The notes: generated from the sequence alone by a model not told the origin. DNA of 64,000 nucleotides from an uncultured Chloroflexia bacterium (GCA_963809595.1 CAWEKG010000002.1:20713-84712), one strand, 5' to 3'; counted from the stretch's first letter, positions 19,620 to 30,517 are shown. Numbers and translations are program-made.

Positions 19620-20195
19620 TCAGCCCACCGCGTGATGGGTCCGGCAGCGCGCCTCGTAGCGCTCGTCGCCCATCCCGCCGATGACCACGAGGGGATCGTC
19701 CGGGGTCGCCGGGCGCCCGTCCACCAGCCGCTGCGTCCGGGTCGCCTCGCCGCCGCAGACCATGCAGATCGCCGAGAGCATCACGACCTCTTCGGCGATC
19801 GCCAGGAGCTGGGGCATCGGGCCGAACGGCCGGCCCAGGAAGTCGCGGTTGAGCCCGTCGACGATGACCACCCGGTCGCGGTCCGCCAGGCGCTCGCAGA
19901 CGGCGACGAGGCCCTGGTCGAAGAACTGACCTTCCTCGATCGCGACGACGTCGGCCCGGGTCTCGGCCACGACCGCCTCGATGCCCGCCGAATCCTTGAC
20001 GGGCCGGGCCGGGAAGGCGACGCCGAACCGGCTCCGGACGGTCTCCGGGTCGGTCCGGTCATCGACCGCCGGGCGGATGAGGACCACCTTGCGTCGGGCG
20101 ATCCGGGCGCGCTCGCACTGGCGGATGAGCTCGGCGGTCTTGCCCGAGAACATCGGCCCCGTGATGACGGTGATCGAGCCACGCGGGTTGAACAT
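19620..20195 (-). CDS. tdk: thymidine kinase
   Basis: ITGPMFSGKT (P-loop), VVAIEEGQFF, and the zinc ribbon CMVCGGEATRTQR...YEARCRTHH. Confidence 0.95.
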   Translation of the reverse strand: MFNPRGSITVITGPMFSGKTAELIRQCERARIARRKVVLIRPAVDDRTDPETVRSRFGVAFPARPVKDSAGIEAVVAETRADVVAIEEGQFFDQGLVAVCERLADRDRVVIVDGLNRDFLGRPFGPMPQLLAIAEEVVMLSAICMVCGGEATRTQRLVDGRPATPDDPLVVIGGMGDERYEARCRTHHAVG

Positions 20196-20219
20196 CGTCC
20201 CCGAGGGTAGCGCCTTCGC

Positions 20220-20996
20220 CTACCCCACGTTCACACCCACGAGCATCCCGACGCCGAACGTCACGGCGGCCGCGACCCCGCCCAGGATGACCTGGCGGAC
20301 CGACGAGAAGAGGGCGGGTCGATGGGTCAGCCGGCTGATCCCGAACCCGAGCAGGGCGAGCGCCACCAGGCTGGCCACGACGCTCGTCGCGAAGGCCGTC
20401 GAACCCTGGAGCAGGAGGAACGGGATGAGCGGGATCAGGGCGCCGATGGTGAACGCGATGAAGGAGCCGACGGCCGCCCCGATCGGCGAGCCGATCGACC
20501 GGGCATCGAGCCCGACCTCCTCGTGGAGGAGGAGCGAGACGGCGTGCTCCGGGTCGGCGAAGACCCGGTCCACGAAATGGGTCGCTTCCTCGTCCGTGAA
20601 GCCGCGGTCGCGGTAGATCCCCTCGAGGATGCGGCGCTCCTGGTCGGGGTCGTCCCGGAGCTGGCGTCGCTGGAACTCGGTCTGGAAGGCGAGGAGCTCC
20701 TGCTGCGACTGGACGGAGACGTACTCGCCGACGCCCATGCTGAATGCCCCGGCCAGCAGACCGGCGATCCCGGCCAGGACGATGACGCCGGGCGCCGGGT
20801 TCGCCCCGGCGACGCCCATGACCAGGGCGAGGTTGCTCACCAGCCCGTCGTTCGCCCCGAAGACCACCGGGCGGAGCACGCCGCTGGCCGACGACTCGTG
20901 GGGGTTGACCGGGGCGCCCTCCGGCAGCTGGGGCAGGAGCGGGATCCGGCGCAGGACCTGGTCTCGGAACACGGCGTACCTCGCTCGCGATCTCAT
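20220..20996 (-). CDS. VIT1/CCC1-family iron/manganese transporter
   Basis: VFGANDGLVSNLALVMGVAGA, then a central cytoplasmic helical region and a C-terminal TM bundle. Confidence 0.85.
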   Translation of the reverse strand: MRSRARYAVFRDQVLRRIPLLPQLPEGAPVNPHESSASGVLRPVVFGANDGLVSNLALVMGVAGANPAPGVIVLAGIAGLLAGAFSMGVGEYVSVQSQQELLAFQTEFQRRQLRDDPDQERRILEGIYRDRGFTDEEATHFVDRVFADPEHAVSLLLHEEVGLDARSIGSPIGAAVGSFIAFTIGALIPLIPFLLLQGSTAFATSVVASLVALALLGFGISRLTHRPALFSSVRQVILGGVAAAVTFGVGMLVGVNVG

Positions 20997-21098
20997 GGTG
21001 GACGGCGGTTCGGCCGATCCTCGCAGCCCGGCCCGCTCAGCGACAGGGCCGGATCGCCCGTCGAGCGGGTCGACGAACGGCCCGGGTACCGGGTGCCG

Positions 21099-22766
21099 TC
21101 AGGGCCGCTCGATGCGGAGGTCGTCGACGGCGGCCTCGACCTCGCTCGGGCGGGCCGCGTCCGCGGCCCCGAAGACGAGCCGGATCGTCTGCCCGGCGTA
21201 GGCGCTCATCGGGAGCCGAACGGAGCGCCAGACCGCGTCCAGGTCCTGCGTCGAGCCGAGCCGCTCGAAGACGGGGGTCCGGGTGCCGTCGGCCGTCTCG
21301 ACCCAGACCCGGAACCAGTCGTCGGGCGACGAGTTCGAGCCATGGGCGAAGACGTACCGGAAGGTCAGGTCGCCCACCGGGTCCGACAGGGTCACCGGCG
21401 CCGAGCGGATCGTGGTGATCCCGCCATCGACGTCGTTGAGGTCGCTCCCACGGGCCGCGGCCAGACCGGTCACCAGGGCATAGCGGCCCGATCTGGCCGA
21501 TCCCGACTGCTTGAGGCCGCTGTGGGTGACGGTCTTCGGATCGCCGACCGCCCAGAGTCCGTCGGTGGCGGTGTCCGTCCCGTCCGGGTTCCGCCGCCAG
21601 CCCCGGTTGATCTCGAAGTCGTCCATCAGCGGTCCGCACAGGGTCTTGGCCTTGCCGATCGGAGCGTACGGACAGGCGGCCATGTCGATGAGATAGAGGA
21701 GGGCCGAGCGGTTCCGGGCGGTCGCCGAGGCGATCTTCTCGTCCGGCGGGTAGAAGTCGGCGATCGTGTTGTGCTCGGTCGGATAGAGCTCCCAGGTGAA
21801 GCTGAAGATCCGCTGCCGGCCGTACATCCAGTCGATCTCGTCACCGTCGGTGATGTACAGGTCGCTCGACTGCTTCGCCTTGTATCCGTTCCGGGCGGCC
21901 ATCGCCCGGCCGAGAGCGACGAAGGCGGCGTGGTCGTCGGTGGTCATGTCCCTCGGGATGTTCGTCTTCGTGTGGCCGTACGGCCAGAGGACCAGCTGGC
22001 CGTTCGTGTGGAGCGTGATGTGGGCCCGGATCTGCTGTCGTCCGTCGACCACCCGGCTCTGCACGAAGTCCCGGATGGCCCGGGCCTCCGGCGTCGAGAA
22101 GGCAGAGCGACCGCGGTAGGTGATCGACGAGGGCGAGCCGGACGAGCCCCCGCAACACCTCCAGCCGTAGCTGTAGTTGCGATTGATGTCGGTCCCGATC
22201 GCCTTCGACCCGGCGTTCGGCTGGCGGTTCTTCCGCCAGGCTCGGTAGGGCTTGCCGGTCAGGTCGTAGACGAAGCCGTCGGGGTTCAGGGCGAAGACGA
22301 TCCAGATCTCGCGGCTGTCCACCAGTCGCTTCACCGTCGCGTCCGTGGCGTAGTCCGTGGTCAGCATCCGGAGGAGGTAGAGCGCCTGCTCCACGGTCAG
22401 ATGCTCCCGGGCGTGGTGGAGGGCGTCGACGAGGATCTCGGGCTCCGGCTCGTCGATCGCGACGTTGTCCGAGATCTTGGCCGCCCAGATATCGCGACCC
22501 TGGAAGCTCTTGCCGATCGAGAAGACGTGGACAAGGTCCGGGTAGGCGGCCTCGGCCGCCTGGATCTCGGCGACCATCTCGGGGTAGTTGTGGTAGCGCG
22601 AATCCTTGGCCGGGAAGTCCGGATCGGCAGCCCCCGCGCCCGGAGCGGCACCGAACGAGGCGAGGACGACGACGAGGGCGAGCCCGAGGCCGAACGCCCG
22701 ACCGCGCCGGCGGCCGTCGGGCCGGGTCTGTCCGGGGGCTCGGATGACGAGGCCGGTGGTCCGCAT
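21099..22766 (-). CDS. secreted M14-family zinc carboxypeptidase with extra C-terminal domain
   Basis: A signal-like N-terminus, then HHAREHLTVE (Zn HxxE), DINRNY and TLHTNGQLVLWPYG (third Zn His). Confidence 0.85.
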   Translation of the reverse strand: MRTTGLVIRAPGQTRPDGRRRGRAFGLGLALVVVLASFGAAPGAGAADPDFPAKDSRYHNYPEMVAEIQAAEAAYPDLVHVFSIGKSFQGRDIWAAKISDNVAIDEPEPEILVDALHHAREHLTVEQALYLLRMLTTDYATDATVKRLVDSREIWIVFALNPDGFVYDLTGKPYRAWRKNRQPNAGSKAIGTDINRNYSYGWRCCGGSSGSPSSITYRGRSAFSTPEARAIRDFVQSRVVDGRQQIRAHITLHTNGQLVLWPYGHTKTNIPRDMTTDDHAAFVALGRAMAARNGYKAKQSSDLYITDGDEIDWMYGRQRIFSFTWELYPTEHNTIADFYPPDEKIASATARNRSALLYLIDMAACPYAPIGKAKTLCGPLMDDFEINRGWRRNPDGTDTATDGLWAVGDPKTVTHSGLKQSGSARSGRYALVTGLAAARGSDLNDVDGGITTIRSAPVTLSDPVGDLTFRYVFAHGSNSSPDDWFRVWVETADGTRTPVFERLGSTQDLDAVWRSVRLPMSAYAGQTIRLVFGAADAARPSEVEAAVDDLRIERP

Positions 22767-22860
22767 CCGCGAAGGATGCCCGATGCCGTCCGGACCGGCA
22801 ACCGGCCGTTGGGACCGCGTCCCGGCGGCCGGCGGTCCTAGGCCGAGGAGGGCCGGACGG

Positions 22861-24141
22861 TCACTCTGCGGCCGAGACCGCCGGGATCACCGGGGGCGCG
22901 GCCGCCCCGCGGAGCTCGGCGGTGGTCGGCAGGAGCGGCTTGCCCCGCCGGGAGATCGCCAGGAGGATCCATGCCAGCGGGATCGGGAGGGCGTACTGGA
23001 AGAGCCGGAAGAGCATCACCCCGGCGCTGATCTCGGCGCTGTACGCGCCGCCGGTGTAGGTCGTGTAGAAGGAGATGTAGAGGAGCTCGGGGACCCCGGC
23101 CCCACCGGGAGAGATCGGCAGGATCGTGATCACGAAGACGGCCGCCACCCCGGCGAAGATGATCGCGTCGGGCAGCGTCTCGGCCGGCACGCCGACCAGG
23201 CGCATGGCGATGATCATCAGGATGGCCCAGCCGATCTTCGAGACCATCGCGGCCACGAAGGAGAGCAGTCCGCGATCGCGGACCGTGTCCCCCAGCGTGA
23301 CCCGGAACCGGACGAGGCTGCCCTGGACGTCGGGCGTTCCCGTCCGCCGGAACAGGTGGAGGATCCGCCGGACGATTCGCTCGGCGAAAGCGCCGATGCT
23401 CCGGGCCAGTCGCTCCGAGCGCACGACGAGGATGAGCCCGCCGCCGAGCAGGACGAACAGGCCGAGCCCGATGACGAAGAACGCGACGATGACCCCGCTC
23501 TCGACGGAGACCCCCCGATTGAGCGCCTCGGCGACGATGAGGAAGACCCCGGCGACGACCATGAGACCGAGCCGGCTGAGCTGGTCGAAGATGCCGTACA
23601 GGACGATCCCGCCGGTCGTCTGCTGCATCGGTCGGCCCCAGCCGCGGATCACCACCCACAGGACGGCCATGTTCCAGGGTCCGGCCGGGATGCTTGCCCC
23701 CATCCCGGTGAGGATGAGCCAGGCCTCCGTGCCGCGGACGATGCCCAGGCCTTCGATGAGGGCGGCGAAGATCGCCCCGGTCAGGATCCAGACCACGACG
23801 CCGGCGATGCCGATGACCACGAAGTCCTGCCAGGTGAGGCCCTGGAGGGTGGCGACGACGTCGGCATAGTCGATGTACCGGGGAAGGATGATCCCGAAGA
23901 CGACGAAGAGGACCCCGGCGATGATCCCGAGTCGGAGGATCGCATCGCGCCGGGACGGCGGTCTGGACTCGTGCATCGTCGCGGCCCGCGGCTCGCCTGA
24001 CGAGGGCGCGGACGCCGCCGCAGCGGTCGGCCCGGTGGTGCCGCGCTGGTCCACGGTCGGCTGGGCGGACGAGCCTGGGTCGTCGCTGGCGGTCGAGCTC
24101 ACGGTCCGATCGGTCTCCGTCGACGGCATCGCCGGTTCCAC
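22861..24141 (-). CDS. polytopic membrane protein, lysylphosphatidylglycerol-synthase-TM / flippase-like (UPF0104) family
   Basis: About 8 TM helices following a disordered N-terminus. The family assignment is by general resemblance only, and the start is uncertain (several in-frame Met codons). Confidence 0.6.
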   Translation of the reverse strand: MEPAMPSTETDRTVSSTASDDPGSSAQPTVDQRGTTGPTAAAASAPSSGEPRAATMHESRPPSRRDAILRLGIIAGVLFVVFGIILPRYIDYADVVATLQGLTWQDFVVIGIAGVVVWILTGAIFAALIEGLGIVRGTEAWLILTGMGASIPAGPWNMAVLWVVIRGWGRPMQQTTGGIVLYGIFDQLSRLGLMVVAGVFLIVAEALNRGVSVESGVIVAFFVIGLGLFVLLGGGLILVVRSERLARSIGAFAERIVRRILHLFRRTGTPDVQGSLVRFRVTLGDTVRDRGLLSFVAAMVSKIGWAILMIIAMRLVGVPAETLPDAIIFAGVAAVFVITILPISPGGAGVPELLYISFYTTYTGGAYSAEISAGVMLFRLFQYALPIPLAWILLAISRRGKPLLPTTAELRGAAAPPVIPAVSAAE

Positions 24142-24222
24142 CGGGGGAGGGGGTGCGGCGCCCGTCCATGGTACCCGGCCGGCGGACCGCGCTGACAGCC
24201 GCCGACCGGCATCCGCCGAGCC

Positions 24223-25020
24223 TCAGGCGGCCAGGTCGCGCCGTCGGAACAGGACCAGGGCCAAGGTCCAGCCGACGATCGCCACGGCCAGGTAGACGAG
24301 GCTGGCACCTAGCGGGTAGTCCCCGCTATCGATCAGCGGCTGCAGGTCGAAGTAGCGGAAGGCCGAGAACCGGCCCAGCTCACGGAGGTCGGGCGACAGC
24401 TCGGCCAGGACGTTGAGCAGGTACATCGCGATGAGCACCCCGGCGGCGAGCCCGCCGGCCCGGCCACGGTCGAGCAGGGTCACCGCCAGGGCCGTCGTGG
24501 ACCCCGCCACCGCGATCGCGAAGAGGAACGCGAAGACGCCGGCCAGGACGAGCCGGCCGGTGTCGAAATCCGGGGCGATCAGCAGGTCGACCGCCAGGAT
24601 CGACCCGATGGTCACCGCACTGACGAGCGCCAATCCCATGGCCTGGGCGGCGATGGTCGCTCCGAGATAGCCCAGCCGCGGCAGGCGCGTCGAGAGGGGC
24701 AGGTCCAGGAACCCGCGCTCGGCGTCGGCGGCGACCCGCGTCCCGAGGAGGATCGCCCCGATGGCGGCGACCAGCGGCCAGAGGAACTGGAAGATGTAGG
24801 AGTTGAAGAACGTCCCCGGGTCGCTGATGCTGCCCTTGATCCCGAAGGCGGCCATCAGCTCCTTGGGATAGACCTCGAGGATCTTGTCGAACTCGGCGGC
24901 GCTGTCCGCGATCGTGGGGTAGAACAGGGTCATCCCGCCGGCGTAGATGACGGCGATCAGGCCGAGCCAGAAGATGAGCATCCGGTCGCGACGGAGCTCC
25001 AGGCCGAAGGCGGCATTCAT
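24223..25020 (-). CDS. ABC-2 type transporter permease
   Basis: A six-TM hydrophobic protein with a 4-nt overlap with the upstream ATPase gene. Confidence 0.75.
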   Translation of the reverse strand: MNAAFGLELRRDRMLIFWLGLIAVIYAGGMTLFYPTIADSAAEFDKILEVYPKELMAAFGIKGSISDPGTFFNSYIFQFLWPLVAAIGAILLGTRVAADAERGFLDLPLSTRLPRLGYLGATIAAQAMGLALVSAVTIGSILAVDLLIAPDFDTGRLVLAGVFAFLFAIAVAGSTTALAVTLLDRGRAGGLAAGVLIAMYLLNVLAELSPDLRELGRFSAFRYFDLQPLIDSGDYPLGASLVYLAVAIVGWTLALVLFRRRDLAA

Positions 25021-26018
25021 CGTCCGGCCTCCCCGCCCCCGGCCGCGACCGCCTCGCCGTCGACCGCGTCGTTCGCCGCTGCAGCGCCCGTGCCGGCTCG
25101 CGCGTCGGGTGGGTCGTCGGGCGCCTCCGGCTCTGGCGTCATGCCCTGGTAGAGACGCAGGAAGACGTCCTCCACCTCGAGCGTTGTGATGGAGACGTCC
25201 CGGACGTCGAGGGCGGCAAGGCGGCGGAGGAGCGGGTTCACGTCGCCCCGGACCATGAGGTGGACGTCGCGGGCTACGGCCGAGACGACCTGGATGTTCG
25301 GCAACTCGAACAACCCGGCGCTCGGGGGTTCGGCGAGGACCAGGCTGACCGATCGCCAGTGCGAGGCGGCCAGGTCGCTCACGGTCGAGATGTCCACCAG
25401 TCGCCCCTCACGGATGATCGCCACCCGGTCGCAGGCCCGCTCGACCTCGGGGAGGTTGTGCGACGAGAGGAAGATCGTCCGCCCGGCTGTGCGGGCCTCG
25501 GCCACGATGGTCAGGAATTCGCGCTGCATGAGCGGGTCGAGACCGCTCGTCGGCTCGTCCATGACGAGGAGCGGCTCCTCGCCCATGAAGGCCTGGACCA
25601 CGCCGACCTTCTGGCGGTTGCCCCGAGAGAGCTTCCGGATCGGCACCGACGGGTCGAGGTCGAGCCGCTCGGCCATCGGCCGCCAGGCGCCCGGCTCCAG
25701 ACCGCGCAGCCGGGCCATGTAGTCGAGCTGCTCCCGGGCGGTCAGCTCGCCCAGATAGCCCGGATCGCTGCTGACGAAGGCGATCCCGTCGTGGGCCGCC
25801 GGCGCGTCGGACCAGGCGTCGTGGCCCATCACGGTGGCACGCCCGGCCGACGGCCGAAGGAAGCCAAGGAGGAGCCTGATGGTCGTGGTCTTCCCGGCGC
25901 CGTTCGGGCCGAGGAACCCGAAGACCTCGCCCTCGGAGACGCCGAACCCGAGATCGAGGACGCCGCGCCGCTTGCCATACCACTTCGTGAGGCCGACGGC
26001 CTCGATCGCCAGTGCCAT
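25017..26018 (-). CDS. ABC transporter ATP-binding protein (ABC-2/DrrA-like)
   Basis: Walker A GPNGAGKTT, signature LSRGNRQKV, Walker B LLVMDEPTSGLD. Confidence 0.9.
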   Translation of the reverse strand: MALAIEAVGLTKWYGKRRGVLDLGFGVSEGEVFGFLGPNGAGKTTTIRLLLGFLRPSAGRATVMGHDAWSDAPAAHDGIAFVSSDPGYLGELTAREQLDYMARLRGLEPGAWRPMAERLDLDPSVPIRKLSRGNRQKVGVVQAFMGEEPLLVMDEPTSGLDPLMQREFLTIVAEARTAGRTIFLSSHNLPEVERACDRVAIIREGRLVDISTVSDLAASHWRSVSLVLAEPPSAGLFELPNIQVVSAVARDVHLMVRGDVNPLLRRLAALDVRDVSITTLEVEDVFLRLYQGMTPEPEAPDDPPDARAGTGAAAANDAVDGEAVAAGGGEAGR

Positions 26019-26208
26019 GAGAGGGGTCCTCCCGGACGTCTGCCCGCGCCCGTCGTCCGGCGCGCCCCTTCACCCGACGGTCGGTCGACCGCACGTGGAT
26101 CGACCTGAGTCTGGGTCGGCGGCCGGGCCCCGGTCGAGGACCGTTCGGCACGTCCGATCGAGGCGATGGACCCGAAGCTCGCCCTGCCCGGCGGCCCTCG
26201 GCGACGGT

Positions 26209-26931
26209 TCAGGGCGTCTGGAAGTCGATCACGTAGCGCGACGGGCCGGACAGGCGGGTGACCCGGTAGCAGGGCGGACCGGTGAACCCGGCAACCCAGC
26301 TCAGGTGGGCCTCGAAGTCGCCGGCCTCGACCAGCGAGGTCAGGCGCTCGTAGCCCGGGTCGAACCGGTCCGGACCGGTGTAGGTCGCCTTGCCGTCCGA
26401 CGTGCTGTAGCCCTCGCCGCTGGCATAGATGAGGCGGATGAGGACGAACGAGGTCCCCGGGACGGTCAGCGCTTGATCGCTCGGATCCATCGCGAACGGC
26501 GGCTCGTCCGCGTTGAGGAGGAGCGTCGGCAGGCGTCCACCGGCGAACTCGAAGACGACCCGGTCGGAGCCGGGGTGGGTGCCGACCCGGACGTCGCTGA
26601 CCTGGACCACCGACGAGGTCGTGCCGGCCCGGCGGTAGGGGAACGTGCAGCTGAAGCCGGCCGAGGCGCTGGCGACGGGCGTCGGGCTCCCGGTCGGGGC
26701 GGTCGTGGCGCTGGCGGTCGGGCTCTCGGTCGGGGCGACGGTCTCGCTGGGAGCCGCACTCGGCTCGGCGCTCGGGGTCCCGGAGCCGGCTGCGACCGAG
26801 GCGGTCGAGGGCTCGACGGTCGCGGGCGATGAGGGCGCGACCGTGACCGCGGCGGTGCCGCATCCCGCGATCGCGATCGTCCCCCCGAGGAGAACGACGA
26901 GGATGGACGCTCGACGCTGCCGCGATCTCAT
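26209..26931 (-). CDS. lipoprotein with C-terminal AMIN-like domain (tentative), unknown function
   Basis: ATG at 26931, followed by the lipobox IAIAGCGT and a Ser/Thr/Pro/Ala linker. The ~150-aa domain reads VVQVSDVRVGTHPGSDRVVFEF...PGTSFVLIRL...LVEAGDFEAHLSWVAGF...YRVTRLSGPSRYVIDF. The family name is from memory. Confidence 0.55.
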   Translation of the reverse strand: MRSRQRRASILVVLLGGTIAIAGCGTAAVTVAPSSPATVEPSTASVAAGSGTPSAEPSAAPSETVAPTESPTASATTAPTGSPTPVASASAGFSCTFPYRRAGTTSSVVQVSDVRVGTHPGSDRVVFEFAGGRLPTLLLNADEPPFAMDPSDQALTVPGTSFVLIRLIYASGEGYSTSDGKATYTGPDRFDPGYERLTSLVEAGDFEAHLSWVAGFTGPPCYRVTRLSGPSRYVIDFQTP

Positions 26932-27176
26932 CTCGGCGCTCCCTTCCCCTGCATCATCGGTCACCGTGGCACACCCGCCAAGAGGCCGGAGTCGCCAGCC
27001 CGGTCGTCGCCGGGCGGCCGAGCGTTCCTCCATCGAGGGACGATCGACCCGGTGGCCAGGTGACGCTGCGCGCGGCTCGCGCCCGGTCGCCCCGCCCGAC
27101 CCAGGTCGAAACGGGCGGATCGGCCCTCGGCGGATCGTCCCGGACACGGTAGGCTCGATGGTCGGAGGTGGACGAC

Positions 27177-27992
27177 ATGCTCAAACGGATCGTGGTGGGA
27201 GCGTCGCTGGCGGGGGCGGGCTGGCTGACCTGGTTCCAGGCCCGACGATGGTCGGCGACCTGGGGACTGGACCCGGCGGAACAGACCCGAGCTCTGCCCG
27301 GTGACGATGTGGTGCCCGATGGCGAGATGCTCCTGACTCGGGGCATCACCATCGACGCTCCGCCCGATGCGGTCTGGCCGTGGCTGGTCCAGATGGGCTT
27401 CGGGCGAGCGGGCTGGTACTCGTACGACCGGCTCGACATGAAGGGCCGGAGCGCCGACGCGATCGTCCCCGAGCTCCAGTCGGTCTCGGTCGGCGATCTC
27501 CTCCCGACCCACCCGGACGGCGGGTTCGAGATCCGCCTGGTGGAGCCCGGTAAGGCCATGGTGGTCTATCTCGACAGCGCGATCGTGGAGGGCTGGAAGA
27601 CTCGGCCGGCAGACTCGATCTCCCGCACGGAGACGCCGGGCCTGGCCGCGTCCGGCGGGTTCATGAACGTGGCTTCACCGACCGACTTCACGGTCAGCTG
27701 GGCCTGGATCCTGGAGCCGGCCGGACCGGGTCGGACTCGCCTCATCGAGCGCGTCCGTGGCCGGTTCGGGCCGGGCGACAGCCGCTCGAAGGCCTTCATG
27801 CCCATCTTCGGGTTCGGCGTGTTCGTGATGCTCCGGCGACAGCTCATTGGGATCCGCGACCGGGTCGAGCACGCCGAGCCGTGGCGGCCGAAGGTCGAGG
27901 CGGAGGCGGACTCGAAGGCGACGCCGCCCGTGGAGACGAACGGGAAGGGCGACGGTCAGGCTCCCGAGACGGTCGTCGCCTCCGCCGGCTGA
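27177..27992 (+). CDS. SRPBCC (START/polyketide-cyclase-like) family protein with N-terminal TM segment
   Basis: ATG at 27177 lies 8 nt after GGAGG (27164-27168); the ORF track starts at GTG 27168. ITIDAPPDAVWPWLVQMGFGRAGWYSYD is typical of the family. Confidence 0.6.
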   Translation: MLKRIVVGASLAGAGWLTWFQARRWSATWGLDPAEQTRALPGDDVVPDGEMLLTRGITIDAPPDAVWPWLVQMGFGRAGWYSYDRLDMKGRSADAIVPELQSVSVGDLLPTHPDGGFEIRLVEPGKAMVVYLDSAIVEGWKTRPADSISRTETPGLAASGGFMNVASPTDFTVSWAWILEPAGPGRTRLIERVRGRFGPGDSRSKAFMPIFGFGVFVMLRRQLIGIRDRVEHAEPWRPKVEAEADSKATPPVETNGKGDGQAPETVVASAG

Positions 27993-28055
27993 CGATCCCG
28001 TCACGCGAGCCGTGGTCGGCCCGGCCGTCCCTCGGGCCGGCCGCCACTCGCCGGC

Positions 28056-29063
28056 TCAGAAGGCGGCGCTGTAGGCGCTGAGTGCGGGCTGCCCGCCGAG
28101 ATGGGCGTAGAGGACCTTCGAGCCGGCGGCGATCCGTCCCGTGCCGACCAGGTCGATCAGGCCGGCCATCGACTTGCCCTCGTAGACCGGGTCGGTGAGC
28201 ATCCCTTCGAGCCGTCCGACCAGCCGGATGGCCTCGATCGTCGGTCGGTCCGGCACGCCGTAGACACCGCCGCTGTATCCGTCGAGAAGGACGATCTCGT
28301 CATCCCGCAGGTCGCGGCCGAGGTCGATCATCTCGGCCGTCCGCCGGGCGATCCGGGCGACCTGGTCGCGGGTCTGCTCGAGGGTCGCCGAGGCGTCGAT
28401 GCCGAGCACGGATCGCGGTCGGTCCTGGCCGGCGAAGCCGGCGATCATCCCGGCCTGGGTCGAGCCCGTGACCGAGCAGACGACGATCGTGTCGAAGAAG
28501 ACGTCCAACTCGCGCTCCTGGCGCTCGACCTCCTTCGCCCAGGATGCGAAGCCGTGCCCGCCGAGCGGGTGGTCCGAGGCGCCGGCGGGGATGGCGTAGG
28601 GCCGTCCGCCGGCCCGGACCACGGACTCGAGCGCCTCCTCCCAGCTCGGTCGGAAGCCGATGTCGAAACCGGCCGGGTCGAGCCGGACGTCCGCGCCCAT
28701 GATCCGCGAGAGGAGGATGTTGCCGACCTTGTCATAGACGCTGTCGGGCCAGTCCACCCAGTGCTCCTGGACCAGGACGCACCCCAGGCCGAGATGGGCC
28801 GCGACCGCGGCCACCTGGCGGGTGTGGTTCGACTGGACCCCGCCGATCGAGACGAGCGTGTCGCAGCCCTCCGCCAGCGCCTCCGCCGCGAGGTACTCGA
28901 GCTTGCGCACCTTGTTGCCGCCGAACGCCAGGCCGGAGTTGCAGTCCTCGCGCTTCGCCCAGATCTCGACCCCGCCGCCGAGGTGGGCGCTGAGGCGGGG
29001 CAGGGGATGGATCGGCGACGGTCCGAACAGGAGGGGCTGTCGCGGGTAGGCCTCGAGCTTCAC
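28056..29063 (-). CDS. acdS: 1-aminocyclopropane-1-carboxylate deaminase
   Basis: The PLP Lys is in [10 protein letters not shown] (K51), with S78 in GGVQSNH, Y294-E295 in DPVYEGKS and L322 in AHLGGQPAL. The numbering coincides with canonical AcdS. The E295/L322 pair separates AcdS from D-cysteine desulfhydrase. Confidence 0.9.
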   Translation of the reverse strand: MKLEAYPRQPLLFGPSPIHPLPRLSAHLGGGVEIWAKREDCNSGLAFGGNKVRKLEYLAAEALAEGCDTLVSIGGVQSNHTRQVAAVAAHLGLGCVLVQEHWVDWPDSVYDKVGNILLSRIMGADVRLDPAGFDIGFRPSWEEALESVVRAGGRPYAIPAGASDHPLGGHGFASWAKEVERQERELDVFFDTIVVCSVTGSTQAGMIAGFAGQDRPRSVLGIDASATLEQTRDQVARIARRTAEMIDLGRDLRDDEIVLLDGYSGGVYGVPDRPTIEAIRLVGRLEGMLTDPVYEGKSMAGLIDLVGTGRIAAGSKVLYAHLGGQPALSAYSAAF

Positions 29064-29188
29064 GATCGGACTCCCGGCTGGTCGCGGAGGGGTGGTCGGA
29101 CGAGGATACCGTCCCGCCCGCCGGCCCCGATGGCCGCGCGGTCCCGACCGCGCTTGACCGTCTGGCCGACGCCGCCCACCCTTTCCGG

Positions 29189-30499
29189 GTGAACGGACGA
29201 TCTACTCGGCCCATCGGGCGCGTCGCGATCCTCGCCGTCGGGGCCCTGTCGGTGGCGCTCGTCGCGGGCCTTCTCGTGCTCGGGGGATCGGGCTCCCGCG
29301 GCGGACCGGCCCCGGGCTCGGGCGGCCCCGGGTCAGACCCGGCGTCGGACGGGTCTTCGTTCGGCGCCGCGAGCCCCGCACCGACTCCCGGCTTCGAGGT
29401 CTACGGCTTCGTCCCGTACTGGGAGATGGACGGGACGATCGCCGCCCATCTCGCCGGCACCCGCCTGACGACGCTCGCCCTCTTCTCGGTCACGAACAAG
29501 CGGAACGGGTCGCTCGACACGACCCAGCGGGGCTACAAGGCGATCACCGGCCCGCTCGGCGAGCAGCTGATCCGGGAGGCCCACGATCGCGGTGTCCGGG
29601 TCGAGATCGTCTTCACCAGCTTCGGCGCGACGAAGAACAAGCAGCTCTTCGGGGCGTCCGCCACGATCCAGGACGAGGTCATCGCCGGCTTCGTGGAGCT
29701 GGTCGACCGGGTCGGGGCGGACGGACTCAACGTCGACGTCGAGCAGCTCCCGACAAATCTCGTGCCGGCCTACGGAGCCTTCGTGGGCCGGCTCCGCGAT
29801 GCGCTCCGGGCCGGTCACCCGGCCGCCCAGGTCTCCGTCGCCACCCAGGCCAACGAGAACGGCGCCGCCCTCGCCGTGGCCGCCGACGCCAACGGCGCCG
29901 ACCGGATCTTCCTGATGGGCTACGACTACCACTACGCCGGGTCGCAGCCCGGTGCCTCGGCGCCGATCGACCGCCGCGACGGGGCGGTCAAGGACCTGGT
30001 CTGGTCGCTCGACCTCTACCAGGCGCTCGGGGTGCCGGTCCAGAAGACGCTCCTGGGTCTGCCGCTCTACGGGATGGCCTGGCCGGTGGCCGGACCGGAG
30101 GTCGGCGCGCCGTCGACCGGCAAGGGTCAGGTCTGGATCCCGGGCGACCATCTCGACGTCCTCCACGACCCCGCCCTGGTCCCGGTCCTCGACGAGATCG
30201 AGCAGGTCGAGGTGTACACGCTCCCGGTCGGTCCGGCCGCGGCGTCGGCCGGCGGAGCGAGCGCGGCGGGTTCGACCCCGGAGCCCGGCGGCCCGGCCGC
30301 GTCCGGTCCCGGGCCCGCGGCCTCGGCAGGGGCCTGGCAGGCGATCTACGTCGATTCGCCGGCCACCCTGGTCCCGAAGATGAGCCTCGCGAACGTTCGT
30401 GGGCTGGCCGGCGTGGGCTTCTGGGCGATCGGCTACGAGCGCGGTGCCCCGGAGTACACGGAGCTCATCGGGCGGTTCGCGTCGGGTCAGCTGAAGTAG
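29189..30499 (+). CDS. secreted/anchored glycoside hydrolase family 18 protein (YaaH/SleL-like subgroup)
   Basis: GTG at 29189 and an N-terminal TM/signal segment. The catalytic motif is [11 protein letters not shown] (the DGxNxDxE variant), and the C-terminus reads [10 protein letters not shown]. Confidence 0.75.
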   Translation: MNGRSTRPIGRVAILAVGALSVALVAGLLVLGGSGSRGGPAPGSGGPGSDPASDGSSFGAASPAPTPGFEVYGFVPYWEMDGTIAAHLAGTRLTTLALFSVTNKRNGSLDTTQRGYKAITGPLGEQLIREAHDRGVRVEIVFTSFGATKNKQLFGASATIQDEVIAGFVELVDRVGADGLNVDVEQLPTNLVPAYGAFVGRLRDALRAGHPAAQVSVATQANENGAALAVAADANGADRIFLMGYDYHYAGSQPGASAPIDRRDGAVKDLVWSLDLYQALGVPVQKTLLGLPLYGMAWPVAGPEVGAPSTGKGQVWIPGDHLDVLHDPALVPVLDEIEQVEVYTLPVGPAAASAGGASAAGSTPEPGGPAASGPGPAASAGAWQAIYVDSPATLVPKMSLANVRGLAGVGFWAIGYERGAPEYTELIGRFASGQLK

Positions 30500-30517
30500 G
30501 CGGGCCCGGCCGCGGGC

